The position numbers and the translations under genes were made by a program. The notes beneath the pieces were generated by a model that was not told the origin of the DNA, did not search any database, and was given only the letters and a program-made list of their open reading frames with translations. 64,000 bases of DNA from assembly GCA_973895155.1 (NCBI GenBank), contig OZ316895.1, positions 5,397,181 through 5,461,180 on the forward strand. Direction: 5' to 3'. Of this stretch, positions 47,439 to 60,305 are shown one piece after another. The stretch is from Marsupella aquatica (lineage: Eukaryota > Plantae > Marchantiophyta). Each line of letters opens with the position of its first letter. Positions within the stretch are counted from its first letter, which is position 1.

Positions 47439-50400
47439 ATGGCGTACTCCTGCGGATGCGCAACTGCGGCTGTGCCTGCGGCGAGCGTGGCCGCCGCTGT
47501 TGAGAAAGGAGGGAATGTAGCACCGGCTGCGACCAGGTAAGATGACGAACTCGCAATGCTAGGTCATTCAGTTGGGATTGTGCAGGTTTCGCTGTGGGAG
47601 ATGAGTCTGAGTATTTCGTCGTCATTTTGTGCATTTCCAGGGCAAGAACCCTGGTAGCGGGTAGCACTTTCTTCTCCGGAGCAGCTCTGAGGGGAGGGCC
47701 AGCCTGCAGCACTTCCACTGCTCGCTCGAGCAGGCAACACATAGAAGGTCCCAGGGCACAAGTAGTGAGTGACAAGATTCAGACGGCCCTGGATTTGCAT
47801 TCAAGCGGTCCACTGTACAGCAGTGGCAAGACTCTGGTTGCTCCCACCCCAAATGGATTTCAGTCTCGTTACAGAGATGATGAGCCTCGGCAGGGCTCAG
47901 ATATCCTGGTGGAGGCTTTGGAGCGAGAAGGAGTCAGAACTGTGTTTGCTTACCCTGGTGGAGCTTCCATGGAGATTCACCAAGCTCTCACACGCTCCGA
48001 ACGCCTGCGCAACGTGCTGTGCCGTCATGAGCAGGGAGAAATCTTCGCTGCTGAAGGTTATGCTAAGTCATCAGGACGAGTGGGAGTCTGTATTGCAACT
48101 TCTGGTCCTGGGGCCACCAATCTTGTAACAGGGCTTGCTGACGCTCTGCTGGACAGTGTGCCATTGGTGGCCATCACAGGTAATGTCTCCCAGAGCCCTA
48201 CATTCGTCCTCAATTCTTTGCACTTTGTCATTTGTATGATAAATGCCGTCGTCAATTTTAGACGGTAGACCGTAGCAAGTATGGGTTTAAGGAATTCCCA
48301 GCATTCGGCCTTCGCCGGTAATGTGTCGCAGAGCTCTACATTCGTCGTTAAATCTTAGCTCTTTGTCATTTGGATGAAACTAAAATGCCGTTCTCAATTC
48401 AAAACGGTGGACTGTCACCTTACAGTGTAGCAAGGATGGGTTTAAGAAATTCCGTGCAGTTCTGTAAACAAATGTGAATCTTGTTATTGTCATTTCACAG
48501 GTCAGGTACCGAGGAAGTTCATTGGTACGGATGCCTTTCAAGAAACTCCTATTGTGGAGGTTACGCGCTCTATCACCAAGCACAATTATCTTGTGATGAA
48601 TGTGGACGACATCCCTCGTATCATACGTGAGGCTTTTTTCTTAGCTGCTTCAGGGAGACCTGGCCCTGTGTTGGTAGATATTCCCAAGGACATTCAGCAG
48701 CAAATGGCCATCCCAGTGTGGTCCCAACCAATGCAGCTGAAAGGATATGTCAAGCGACTTCCCGGCAGGCATAACGAGTCACAACTTGAGCAAATTGTCC
48801 GCCTTCTTTCCCGCTCAAAGAAGCCGGTCGTGTACTACGGTGGAGGCTGCATTGATGCCAGTGAGGAGTTGCGAGAGTTCATCAACCTGACAAATGCCCC
48901 TGTCACATCCACTCTGATGGGCCTCGGAGTATTCCCCCAGACAGACAGGAGATGTCTGCAGATGCTGGGCATGCATGGGACTGTTTATGCAAATTACGCA
49001 ATTGATGGAGCAGACCTTCTGCTTGCGTTCGGAGTCCGTTTTGATGACCGCGTGACTGGGAAATTGGAGTCTTTTGCCTCCCGGGCGAGCATCGTTCACA
49101 TTGATATTGATCCTGCCGAGATTGGCAAAAACAAGCAGCCTCATGTGCCCATGTGTGCTGATATCAAGGTCGCGCTTAAGGGTTTGAACAGTTTAATAAA
49201 GAGTCAAAAGAGGACGTTTGATTTCTCAAACTGGGTAGACGAGCTGGAGGAGCAGAAGCGAAGATGGCCTGTGAAGTTTCCCCACTTTGAGGAGGCCATC
49301 GCACCCCAGAGCGCCATTCAAATCTTGTGGGAGCTCACGCAGGGAAACGCCATCATCTCGACAGGAGTTGGGCAACATCAAATGTGGGCAGCTCAGTTCT
49401 TCAATTATGATGAACCACGCCGGTGGTTGACATCTGGAGGTGAGATTTGAGTTCCGATATTGATCTGGTAACCTCGTGGTCGTAGTTCCTCGATGATCAA
49501 TTGGACGGAATGAGCATTCTGGAAGGAATTCCGCCTTTCCTCCAGTCTCTCAACTAGCGCCAGGTTCATCGTCATCCATCACTTGCAAACGGATTCGGGC
49601 TGTGAATTCTTTGCTGTCGTCAGATCAGTAGGCTCATATTTGTTATTGACACAACTTGTCTTGATAATAGGGCTAGGAGCTATGGGATTTGGTCTTCCTG
49701 CAGCACTGGGAGCCGCTGCAACAAATCCAGATATCCCTGTGGTTGACATTGACGGTGATGGTAGTTTCCTGATGAATATTCAGGTATCTCACTTCTGTCC
49801 GGATTTTTATCATTTATTGTGGTTTCATGAGATCGATATTGCAAATCAACATTTGCGTGTTAGGTTGATCTTGGGAACTAGAGAAGTATCGAAATCTAGG
49901 AAGAATATGGAAGGAAGAGGCTGTTTGGAATCTGAAGGAAGATGCCCCTCTGGATTTTTGTTTGAGTTGCGGTAATCAGGCTAGGACTCAAGCTGATTTA
50001 TTTGTGAAAGAACAACTACATAAAAAAAATCTATGTGCAAGAATGTTCTTGTGGGGCTCATCGTTCTGCTGTGGTGTCTCAAATCTCGTCCAGTTCTGCT
50101 AAATGCCTGTACAACGCAAACTGCTTCGTTAATGGAGTTGATTGTGGATTGAATCACAGGAACTGGCCACTATCAAGGTAGAGAAGCTACCAGTCAAAAT
50201 CATGATACTGAACAATCAATATCTTGGTATGGTGATGCAATGGGAAGATCGTTTCTACAAGGTGATCTCTTTCCCTAAGGTTTCCTATGTAGTACATAGG
50301 CTCTTAATATCCACTTGAGCCATTGTCCAAGCGCGGTGCCGATATGTCGCTAGTTATGTGAAGTTTAGGGTTTGCGGTGTACAGGTAGAGATTTTGAGGG

Positions 50401-51300
50401 AATCACTTCCCTTGTACTTTTTTGTTGTGTGGGAAGCGCGATTGTTTTCAGCAAGCTACTTTATTGACAAGACTGTGCTGCTCTTTGCCTAGACTGTGGG
50501 AACTAGGATCCGACTTGGGTTCTTGTTCTCGGACCTCTTTGAAGAAGAGAATTCTCACGGTCTGCTTCTTTGGGTTGTACAGAAGAATCGAGCACACACA
50601 TTCTTAGGAAATCCAGAGGCCGAGGATGAGATTTATCCTGACTTTTGCACCATTGCTGCCGGTTTCGGGGTGAGAGCTCTAAATCTCTGTGGTGTAACGT
50701 TGTCTACGCGTTTGGTACACGACACTGAAGAATAGTTCTTGCCTTTTTGCACTTCTTTGAGACATCCTCTCCGAAGAGTATCATATTTAGCATGGGGATT
50801 CTTGCATATGTGCAGGTACCTAGTGCTCGAGTATCAAAAAAGCAAGATCTTAGAGCTGCAATTCAAGTGATGTTGGACACTCCTGGGCCATACTTGCTCG
50901 ATGTCTGCGTACCCTATCAGGTAATACCTGGATAAATTCCTCGTGGTGGGGGAAAAGGCATCAGCACTTTCTTCGCCTCTTGTCGTTTTGATTGGGGTGC
51001 TCTTACTAAAGCTAGAAAACTCCGAATTGGTTCTTGATTATTGTTTGCGATCTTTCAGTAGTCCCTACCTATATGCTTGTTTGTTAGTGTCTAGATGGGT
51101 GCGATACGAGTTTCCTTAGTTAGTCCTGTAGTGCAGTCTTATCTTGTGACCCTCTCTTCAAGAGCTCGCATTTTAGATGCAGAGATAGTGGGTACTGAAA
51201 GTTTCTTGTGTTTTTCCAGGAGCATGTTCTGCCAATGATTCCTGGCGGGGCAAGTTTCAAGGAGATAATCACAGAAGGTGATGGAAGGAAAGACTATTGA
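47439..51300 (+). CDS. ALS: Acetolactate synthase (acetohydroxyacid synthase) catalytic subunit, plastid-targeted, 8 exons
   Basis: Exons 47439-47536, 47641-48179, 48501-49439, 49671-49783, 50160-50261, 50583-50669, 50816-50920, 51220-51300. Motifs [54 protein letters not shown] (ThDP binding), [11 protein letters not shown] and HVLPMIP. Confidence 0.97.
48179..48462. repeat. ~138-bp tandem duplication in ALS intron 2 that includes the 5' splice site
   Basis: GGTAATGT..CAGAGC.CTACATTCGTC...CTTTGTCATTTG...ATGGGTTTAAG.AATTCC begins at 48179 and again at 48317. Confidence 0.88.
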
Positions 51301-52094
51301 GGAACTCATAGGCAATTTTGAGAATTTGGTGACATTCCTGTTGCAGAAAAGGCTCCAATATTCATTGGATATGTGGAGATACAACTGTCAGCCGAGGTTT
51401 TGGTAGTTAGGTGTAATATAGCTGGTCCCCTCAGTTTTGAGCCCTCAAAAGTGTTTGAGAACAAGACTCTCAGAGCTACTGAATCGTCCCTGTGACAGCC
51501 ATTAAATGAGCTACCAGACCAGGCTTTGCACAAGGGAAGCGTCTTCCATGTCCGTCACTCTTGTAGGATTGGGCTAGGTGATAGACGCGCTGCGTCTGCA
51601 CATGAGCTGACAGCAGGGGTGATGATATGAGTTGCATCAGCAGGAGCTCGCCTCAGCTTGTAAAACGAGTTCGGATTAGCAAGTGGTTTTAAGGGAGGTC
51701 GACGGTTCCTAGCTTCATTTTACTGTTCATCATACATGTCGAATTGGGGTAGTTCTGTAAATCTTCAACAATGACGAGAAACTTTTTGCGACATTTACAC
51801 ATTCTTTGCGGCTCTCTTGGGTTTTCAGTTGTTGGATTTGTAGTTTGTTGAAACTGTAAGTGCATGTTTGCTCTGGTACATTTATGCATTGCTTGTTTTT
51901 GGCTGAACTTTAGTTCAGTAGATGTGATGGGGGCCCTAAAATGGCCCCAAAATAATTTGGTTTGGTTCCAATACTTTGGTTCCATTTGGTTCCAATACTT
52001 TGGTCTACTATACTTTCTCCTCTGTAACTAGTCCTCACTTTCATGATGACTTATATTGAGGAGAGCAAAATATTTTCCCGAGTATTGTACAGCA

Positions 52095-52375
52095 TGAAAC
52101 AAAAAGAGATGAGAGAGAGCATTTAATGTTTTGTTTCTTTCTAGAGAGTGTTTATTGTTATTGAATCTCTTTTGTTTTTTCATTGGAAAAATGGGTACCT
52201 ACTTATGTACAGCATCTTTGAACAAGGGTTAGTTGAAACAAAAAGAGATGAGAGAAAGCATTTAATGTTGTTTTGTTTCTTTCTCGAGAGTGTTTATTGT
52301 TATTGAATCTCTTTTGTTTTTTCATTAAAAAAAGGGGTACCTACTTATGTACAGCATCTTTGAACAAGGGTTAGT
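52095..52375. repeat. ~140-bp near-identical tandem duplication
   Basis: TGAAACAAAAAGAGATGAGAGA...TGAACAAGGGTTAGT at 52095-52233 and 52234-52375. Confidence 0.92.
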
Positions 52376-55256
52376 TTTTCTTTCGAAAGAATCATAATGA
52401 TAATTTATATACTCCTATTAATCTTTGGAAACACTTAAGGTAAATGAAGGGGATGGGATATAAAAGGGAAGTGGATAATTTAATTTATTCTCTGTAATTT
52501 TAAATGTGTTTGTTTTTTCTTCTTTCTTTTTTAATTTCTTTTTCCTTTAAATGAAATGGGTGACCTGGGACACTCTTTCCAAGGGGCTGAATAAGAGGGG
52601 CGACTCTTTGGGCTAATAAGAGAGGAGGGATCAAAAAAAGGAGGGGAGAAATAATTGTTAACAAATAAAAAAAATGTATTCTTCACCTGAAGAGTACTTG
52701 CTGGTTCCAAGGGGCTAAGTAAGAGGGGAGGAAGAAAAAGGAGGGGACTTTTTGTGTTTCTATTTCTTCTTCATCTGTCTGTTTAGGAGAAAGGATGGAC
52801 ATGGAACACATGGATGGTAGTTTTTAAGAGAAATGATGGACATGGAACTCATAAATAATTGCTTTTAGATTATTTTCTTTGTTTGAGGGTGGACTATAAA
52901 GGATTAAGGGTATATATCTTAAAGGAGGGGAGGAATAAAAAGACAAAAAAGAGACATTTTTATTCTTTGGTGGGGATGGAGAAGGTTACCTTAAGGGGAG
53001 GGATAAAAAAAGGTAAAGGAAATGTTTTTTTAATTGTTAAGATATTATATTCTTTGAATCAGTTATTTTCAATCTTTTAGGGTGGGTGGGATGGAGGTTT
53101 AAGTGTATTTTAAGGGGAGGAATATAAAAGTTAGACAAAAAGGGAGAGTTTTTATTTTTATTAATCTTTGTTCAAAATTGTCTTTGCTTTTATCCTTTTT
53201 CTTGCAAGAGGGGCTGAACACTATTTGAGGGAGTTCTTAATAAAGTAACAAATATGAAATGAAAATCAAAACAGAAAAATATATTCTTATTTTCTTTGTC
53301 TAAACTTCTCATGCATTTATAAGCACAAATCTAGAATTTTGTTTGAGTTATTATAGGAGAATGGGTTGGGTGTACTTTTACTTAGGTTAGGTGTGATATT
53401 AATCAGGACCTAATTAGGTAATTGGGCTGAACTATGTTCAGTTTTTGTGATGGGTGCCTAAAAATTTCTTCAAAAGTTTTTCTCCGCAAGGTACTGTCTC
53501 CGCAAAGTACTTTGTATTGTTTTTCTTGGCAAGACTCATCTAAAACAAATTCCACTTCTTTGACATTTATCTGTTTTTGCACAAATGAACTCAACAATGG
53601 GATGCAAAGCCATCCAAAAAGTTCATGAGAGAAGACCCAAAAGTCCATGTCTACATCATTTGATTCGTGCCCAGAGTTATATTATGCTGGTCAAAATTAC
53701 CAAGTGGGACCTGATAGGGCTGTCGCTCAAAATGGAGCTTCTAGCTTCCGGATATTAATTGTACAATAAAATAAAATCAGATTAATAACCTATTTGTGGC
53801 ATTAATTGTGTTCATCTTCATTCTCTTATAGTAGAGTTGCCAAAATCTTATGACTTAACCATATAGTTTTGCATAGACAAGCTACAGCAGTTTGGGTACA
53901 TAGTACCTTCAAGAATGTAATCCATGTGTACATCCTTATATGCTAATTTTTTGCATGGTTGTGAAACAAATATTAAGGTCACAAAATACAATAAAGTGGG
54001 GTGAAAGCCTCAAGTTTTATCAGATGTGAGTTCACTCGGCGTCACTCCCTAATCAATCAATTTGGCCCCAAAGTCAAGTGAATCGCAAACAAGTTGTTGA
54101 AGACAAAGGGATTCTTTTCCATGATGTAACACTCTCTTGAACTCAATTCTAGATAACTCTTGGTTTTTCAAGAATAATTGAAAAATGTAGTCAATCATGT
54201 TTGAAACATGGTTTTCATCCGCAAAATAACACAACCACCAAGAGATACCCACAAGGTTTGAGGAGGCGAGCAGCAACTGCCAAGCTACTTTGATTGGGAG
54301 GGAGGGTGTGGGAATTGAGGGAGACTGTGACCTGGAGCTAGGGCAAAGGCAATGGGCCTTGCAAGGCCTCAGGCAGGCCCTGCAAACCACTGGTGACCAG
54401 GAAAATTAGTCTAGCAAGGGCAGGGTGATTATGGCTTGGGCAGGGTTGGTGGCCATCTTACAACCTGAGTTGTGGTTTAACACACCTAGTAGCCGTGTAA
54501 TAGTTCAGCCTTTGTGACCGACCCCTTCGGTCACGGGCCTGGTATATTATTGGATGTGAAGTTCTCTGAAGATGTCGAGTGCGTCACTGCTCTGGTTGCT
54601 GATATTGCAGAGAATGGTGCATGCTCATGCTCAGGGACTGCTATGAGTTGGTCTGACCTCCATGGGGGTCAAATTAAAGCCTACCACCCCCCAAACCCTA
54701 ACCTGATTAGGCCTGGCAAAGTCCGGGTGAAAGCCTGGATGACAAGGAAAGTTCAGCCTCGGGTTTGTTTTGCTCCTGATAGACTGTGACACACTGTCAC
54801 TTTAACCGGTAATGGGGTAATGGTAAGAAGGATGCTTCACTTTAACAGGTGAAAAGATGTCCCAAGTAGTTTTCAAGGTGTCTAGACCAACTGTGCATTT
54901 ATTTAAACTAGTCCCAGTCTTTGAACCTGCATAGTGAGGAGTACAATAAAACTCACCAAAATATTTTATTTATTTATATTTTTTGAAAGTTTATTATATA
55001 TATATATATTTATTTAAGTTAATTAATGAAATAATAATAAATTTTATCATTTTAATAAATACACAATACTTTTTTCTGTGCCCATACTTTTTTTTCTGTA
55101 TATATATGTTATGGTGGGGCTATAGAGCCCATTTTTAAATATAAATTAAAATCATGATAAAAAATATATATCATTATCATAATCATGAGTCCAATCCTTC
55201 CATTCACATGATAAATCATGGGGTGGTACTGTCCGGAGATTTCACTTGCCAGTTAA

Positions 55257-55540
55257 AGTCTAGAGATTTCACTTTAGAAACCTAAGACTCAACTCTAGCT
55301 TGTAGATAATGTTTTATAAATAATTTTCATTCCCATCATAAATCATGGAGTTACTGTCTAGAGATGCACTCTAGAAACCTAGGACTCAAGTCTGGTTTGT
55401 AGATAATGTTTTATAAATAATTTCATTCAATTTTTTTTAAATTGTAAAAAATTAAAAATCCACGGAGTTACATTCTAGAGACGTCCCTCTAGAATCTAAG
55501 GACTCAACTGTAACTTGTAGAGGGTGTTTTATAAATAAAA
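55257..55540. repeat. Three diverged ~80-120-bp tandem units (probable TE relic)
   Basis: TCTAGAGA...TAGAAACCTA(A/G)GACTCAA...TTGTAGATAATGTTTTATAAATAA occurs three times. Confidence 0.8.
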
Positions 55541-57638
55541 TAATTATTGTATTTCTATTTCACTTTTGAAAAAGATACCCCAAATAATAATAATTTTCCA
55601 GGTATCTGGAAGATTTATTTAAATAACTTTTGGATTTTTGTTTCAGTTCTCTGAAGTTTGATCTATTATTTGACATTTTTTGAAACTATTTGATCCATGC
55701 CAATGAGTGCTAAGATATCAAATATTATAAACTAATCATCACAAGATATCTCATTTTTGTGAAAAATACACTCACTATTTGGGCAGGAGCATCACTTTAT
55801 CACTTTAAGACAAAACCATTCACTTTTATGAAAGACTCCATGAACAATTCGTGGTTGACACCCTGAACAGTTCACGTGATTGACACCCTGAACAGTTGAG
55901 TGAACCGCAGATTATGAATGAAAATTGTAAAAAGTGCTATCCAAACAGATTTTGATATTCTGAGTAGGTACATCTAGACTTATTTTCATGAAAAAAACTA
56001 ATTAGTCACATAAATTACCCAGGAACTCTTGCATCCAACCAACATTATAGTTTATCAGATTTTACTGTTTATGATGCCACAGATATTTTAAATATCAGTG
56101 AAACGAATTGCTGGATCATGTCAATCATAATCTGTTATCGTTCGGGGATGTTTGAAGAGTCCAACGCTAAAGATTAAATTTGCATTCATTCGATGAAGTA
56201 CGTGACCGTAGCTGACACTATTGATCCAAGGAAAACAGTGATGTCCCCTGCTCCCAGACTGAATCATGGTGATGACACATGTCATGTCCATACAGTAGCG
56301 GGTTATAATTTTGCACCCCCGTATACGTACACTGCATTGCTTAGAGCTTCAGTGGACGACTTATTAGGATGCTTGGCATTGAAGATAACTTCTATGCTTC
56401 TCGGTCTTCTAAAGCTACCGGAAGTCCCATTTGCATAGATTTGACGAGAATCTAGAGTCCTCTTCAATCAGGAATTCTTTTGCCAACTTGTGCGATCAAG
56501 TCTCTTGATCTGACCACATTTACAGAAGTGAAGAATTGAAGTCCCGCAGTAGTAGTACACTCGGAAACATTTTGATCAAAAGTTAAAATCGAGTTGCAAA
56601 AAATTCAGGCAACTCTCCGTCTTCAAACTTCTTGAAATCATGAAAGGGTAGTCTATAAAAAGATATGTTGAGGCGGAGACTTGCCTGAATCGTGTAGGCG
56701 AACTTGCGATGTTTGCAACTATCAAATTTAAGACAGTTTTAGCACGAGTGTTGCGCTAAACGTTCAGGCAAACTTGGCAACAGATGCTGTTTGGAAAATA
56801 TTTGGAGGCTCTGCACTCTTCCAAAACCAACCAATGTGCAAGTGTTCAGCTGAAGAGTTGTCTGGAGAATTCATTCTCCTTCGACAGGTGGAGCTCATTC
56901 TTATGAGAATGTGGTCGAAACGACTTGCGCACGAGAAGTGCAATATTTAATCCCGATCCAATGGAGCAGCGCGGTATAGGCTTATTCTCCTTCGCTCCCC
57001 CAATCCCAGTCCAGCGTCTTTCAAGTCGCTACTTGCACAGACAAACCTACGCGGAGTAGAGTTCAGATTTCAAAACGAATCTAGGAAGAAATCCCGGTGA
57101 ACGTGAGCATCATCTAAGGTTCGGTAAGAATATATGGGAGAGGAATTCGCAGTTTGAGCACCACTAACCTGCAAACTTCGAAGAAATCCCGGTGTCATAA
57201 ACTTTAAAGACTTGCTTTGACTTTTGAGATGCGGAAAGTGGAGGTTCTGGAAGCTCATTTCGTTCCAATTTGCTTCCACGATTGAAAGCACTCTTCATGA
57301 AAGCAAGAACGAACAAGGAAGAAAGACACTTCCAGGCTTTTTGCGTCCATCAACTTTCTCGACTTATGATGGAGGAAAGATTGCTGGAGAAGTCATGTCT
57401 GTTGCAGTGATTGCTCTAAATGTCTTCCATATTGTTCTGCTCCACAAGCCCTCGTGGTTGAGGTCTCCGAAGGACTTGAAGATGCTGCCATAGTTCTCCT
57501 GCTCTTCCTCCAACCACGCACCTACGGAAGAAACAGTTGGACTCAATCGATAGGGTCTATAGGGGGACAAGCAGAGATTTCCGATCGAAAAAACCAATAT
57601 GCACATGCTCCAAGCTAGCAACTAGTGTGGTGTCCATG

Positions 57639-57696
57639 AACGAACAATGAATGAACGTCAGGGTATTTTCGTTCGTTCGTTCATTCATTGTTCGTT
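57639..57696. repeat. Perfect 19-bp inverted repeat with a 20-nt loop
   Basis: AACGAACAATGAATGAACG (57639-57657) / CGTTCATTCATTGTTCGTT (57678-57696). Confidence 0.92.
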
Positions 57697-58028
57697 AACA
57701 TCCACAGCTCATTACAAGGCAACTAGATTAGTATGTTCCCACACACGTCAGGGTATTACTCGCAGCTTCTTTACTTTTTTGAATAGGCAATATCGGACTT
57801 CTACAACAATAAAGGAGAGGACGGTGATCCCTATTCTGAGAAAAGGGGGTCTGTCCTACATGTTGGCTCATTATTATGCCATGATGGACATTTCATTTTT
57901 TTCCAACAAGCGTGTGCAGTCATTTTATTTTAAGGCCTAGGCAAGAAGTTGAGAAAATGGTGGAAGTAGTCTCACCTGTAATAGAAGAATAAACAGGCTT
58001 CGGATGACACCCAATGAAGCCTATTGTG

Positions 58029-60305
58029 TCAATGTTTGAAAGCAAGCATGGCCCTGATTTCAGGTTCATCCAGCCAGTGCATGACTTCCTCACCCCGGCA
58101 AACAAAGCCGCCGCCTGTTTGCAGGGTGCCTGCATGAAATGGGGAGTGTAAAGTCTTCAGAAGGACCTGCACAGAGTGGTGCACTGGTGTCGGGTTGCCG
58201 GTGGGGACCTCTTCTGTTCCGGGCACAGTATAGATCTGGACCCATTCTGGCGTCATTTCTTTCCTATGAAATTGTTTGGCAAGTCGGGGTAGTGTGTATG
58301 TTAGTGCAATGATTGCAGTACCACGTTCCATGTCCCTCAGATTGACAGAACAAATCCCCTCAGGTCCCTGCTCAACTAATCTAGGGAAAACGTAGTTCGC
58401 TAGTGCGCCCTCCATAACCTCATATGCTTGGCTGCGAAACCCACTTTGGTACAGGTAGTCGATTAAGACATCAATAAATTCCCGTCGATTTGATCTCAAT
58501 TCAAAGTGTAGACTTTTCAGGAATGACGCAATAACAGGAGCCAGATCCTTTTCTGGGGACTTGCCCAGCAGCACTGATAGAAATTGTCCACCACTGTGGC
58601 AGGAGAGCATACCCTGTACCGTCTTCAAATCCTCTGGTCTTTTACAGCGACTCAAGCTGCGCATACACACAGTCAGAGTTGGCAAACTGGGGGTCAGACC
58701 CCACTTCGGAAAGGAGTCTAATATTTGCTTTGCGTGATGAAACTGTCCAGCCCTTGAATAACTTTCAAGCAATGAGTTTCCCACAGCCAATGTAGGATTC
58801 AGACCCATGCCCGCCATTCTATCGAACCAACGTTGTGCAGCTTCAGCATCCCCCATCTTAGAGCACATACCAATCAAAGTCGAGAAAGCATTCAAATTAG
58901 CAGACAACCCAACTTGTTCCATATCCGCAAATAGACTCTCGGCATCTTTCAGCGTTCCAATGTGCTCGATACCAAAGAACATTATGTTGAAGATAACCTC
59001 ATTAAATGGAATTCCTGCACTCTTCATCTCCCTGTAGAGATCCATCAACTCCCGTCGGCCAGCTTTTGCGTAACCTTCTAATAGAACACCGTACGTAAAC
59101 TGGTCCGGAATGTGACCCCTCGCTCTCATCTCTTCCAACATCTTATATGCAAGATCCAACCGACCCGCTCTGCCAAATATGCTTACTACACAATTATATA
59201 CTTGTGTGTCAGTTGCTACTCCCTGGGCAAGCATATCCTCATAAAGATTGATAGCTTCCTGGTGTAGTTTTGCTTTAGATAACATCTGCATGAGCACTGA
59301 ATAAGTCACACAATCTGGCTTTAGACCTCTCTCTTTCATCTTGACAAAAAGCTCTAAGGCTTCTTGCATCCGTTGCCCTTCGGCGTAGCACCGCATTGCT
59401 GCTGTGAAGATAATCTTGTCCATCAGATAGCCCCTATTATCAAGATCATCCAAGATTTTCTCCATAAGATCATACTTCCTCACTCGTCCTAGTAACCGTA
59501 TGACTATGGTAAAACATGAGATGTGGAGAGTGCATTTTGCCTCATGCAAGGCCCACTCCAAGAAATTGTAAGCTATATCAGCGTCTCTCTGTCTACTCAA
59601 GATATCAAGCACATGCTTCGGCTTAAGCTTGGTTCCCTTTGCCATCAAGGTGCGCAGCTCTAATAATGTATGAGCTGACCAGCCGTATTTGCTAAGTAAA
59701 GTACAAATCGTGACAGGAAGACTCGAGAAGCGAAGATTCAGAAAATTTCCAAAACCTGGGTCTGGATGAATGTGAGGGAAGGTAGACTCGGAGGGCAGCC
59801 CGGACTTCTCATTTTCAGGCTCAGAGCTGGATGATTCCTTCCCAACTCTGGTAATGTAAGGTACCGCCTCCGATGGCACAACACTTATCCAAGGCCATCC
59901 TGAACCCTTACGAAAGTACTTGCCTCGGTATCTTTGAATCGGCACTCGGCTACCACTAGAAACCATACAATTACTTGCTTCTACCAAAGTCCCATCATCG
60001 CTCTCTCTAGTACTTTGTTCTCTACCACCAACCTGTGGCAAGTCTTGTTCCCCACCTACATTGCTAGTTAGATTCCTAAATTGCAATGGTTCAGATAATC
60101 TACGAAATATATTTGCAGAAACACTGGAGCACATCCGAGGCACCCTTGAAACAAGACCAATTCCAAGTCCCTCCTCTGCCGAAACAAATCTGATCAATGG
60201 TTCGGACAGAGGACCGTAGATAGAAGTTTGTATCATTACAGAGGAAAGCCGTTCTCTCGACTTCAACATTCTGAACGATGCAATTGCTCCCCGTTGATTC
60301 AACAT
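58029..60305 (-). CDS. P-class pentatricopeptide repeat protein with C-terminal SMR-like domain (At1g18900/At1g74750-like), intronless
   Basis: A run of 35-aa PPR motifs (e.g. PDCVTYSVLMQMLSK, DTQVYNCVVSIFGRAG, PDQFTYGVLLEGYAKAG). The C-terminus VNLRDMERGTAIIAL...VQVLLKTLHSPF...GGFVCRGEEVMHWL follows the SMR layout. First ATG at 60305. Confidence 0.9.
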   Translation of the reverse strand: MLNQRGAIASFRMLKSRERLSSVMIQTSIYGPLSEPLIRFVSAEEGLGIGLVSRVPRMCSSVSANIFRRLSEPLQFRNLTSNVGGEQDLPQVGGREQSTRESDDGTLVEASNCMVSSGSRVPIQRYRGKYFRKGSGWPWISVVPSEAVPYITRVGKESSSSEPENEKSGLPSESTFPHIHPDPGFGNFLNLRFSSLPVTICTLLSKYGWSAHTLLELRTLMAKGTKLKPKHVLDILSRQRDADIAYNFLEWALHEAKCTLHISCFTIVIRLLGRVRKYDLMEKILDDLDNRGYLMDKIIFTAAMRCYAEGQRMQEALELFVKMKERGLKPDCVTYSVLMQMLSKAKLHQEAINLYEDMLAQGVATDTQVYNCVVSIFGRAGRLDLAYKMLEEMRARGHIPDQFTYGVLLEGYAKAGRRELMDLYREMKSAGIPFNEVIFNIMFFGIEHIGTLKDAESLFADMEQVGLSANLNAFSTLIGMCSKMGDAEAAQRWFDRMAGMGLNPTLAVGNSLLESYSRAGQFHHAKQILDSFPKWGLTPSLPTLTVCMRSLSRCKRPEDLKTVQGMLSCHSGGQFLSVLLGKSPEKDLAPVIASFLKSLHFELRSNRREFIDVLIDYLYQSGFRSQAYEVMEGALANYVFPRLVEQGPEGICSVNLRDMERGTAIIALTYTLPRLAKQFHRKEMTPEWVQIYTVPGTEEVPTGNPTPVHHSVQVLLKTLHSPFHAGTLQTGGGFVCRGEEVMHWLDEPEIRAMLAFKH

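Noticed and set aside
56190-57620. Possible additional gene between ALS and the PPR gene
   Set aside because: Only short ORFs without motifs; a UTR, lncRNA or old pseudogene cannot be distinguished from sequence alone.
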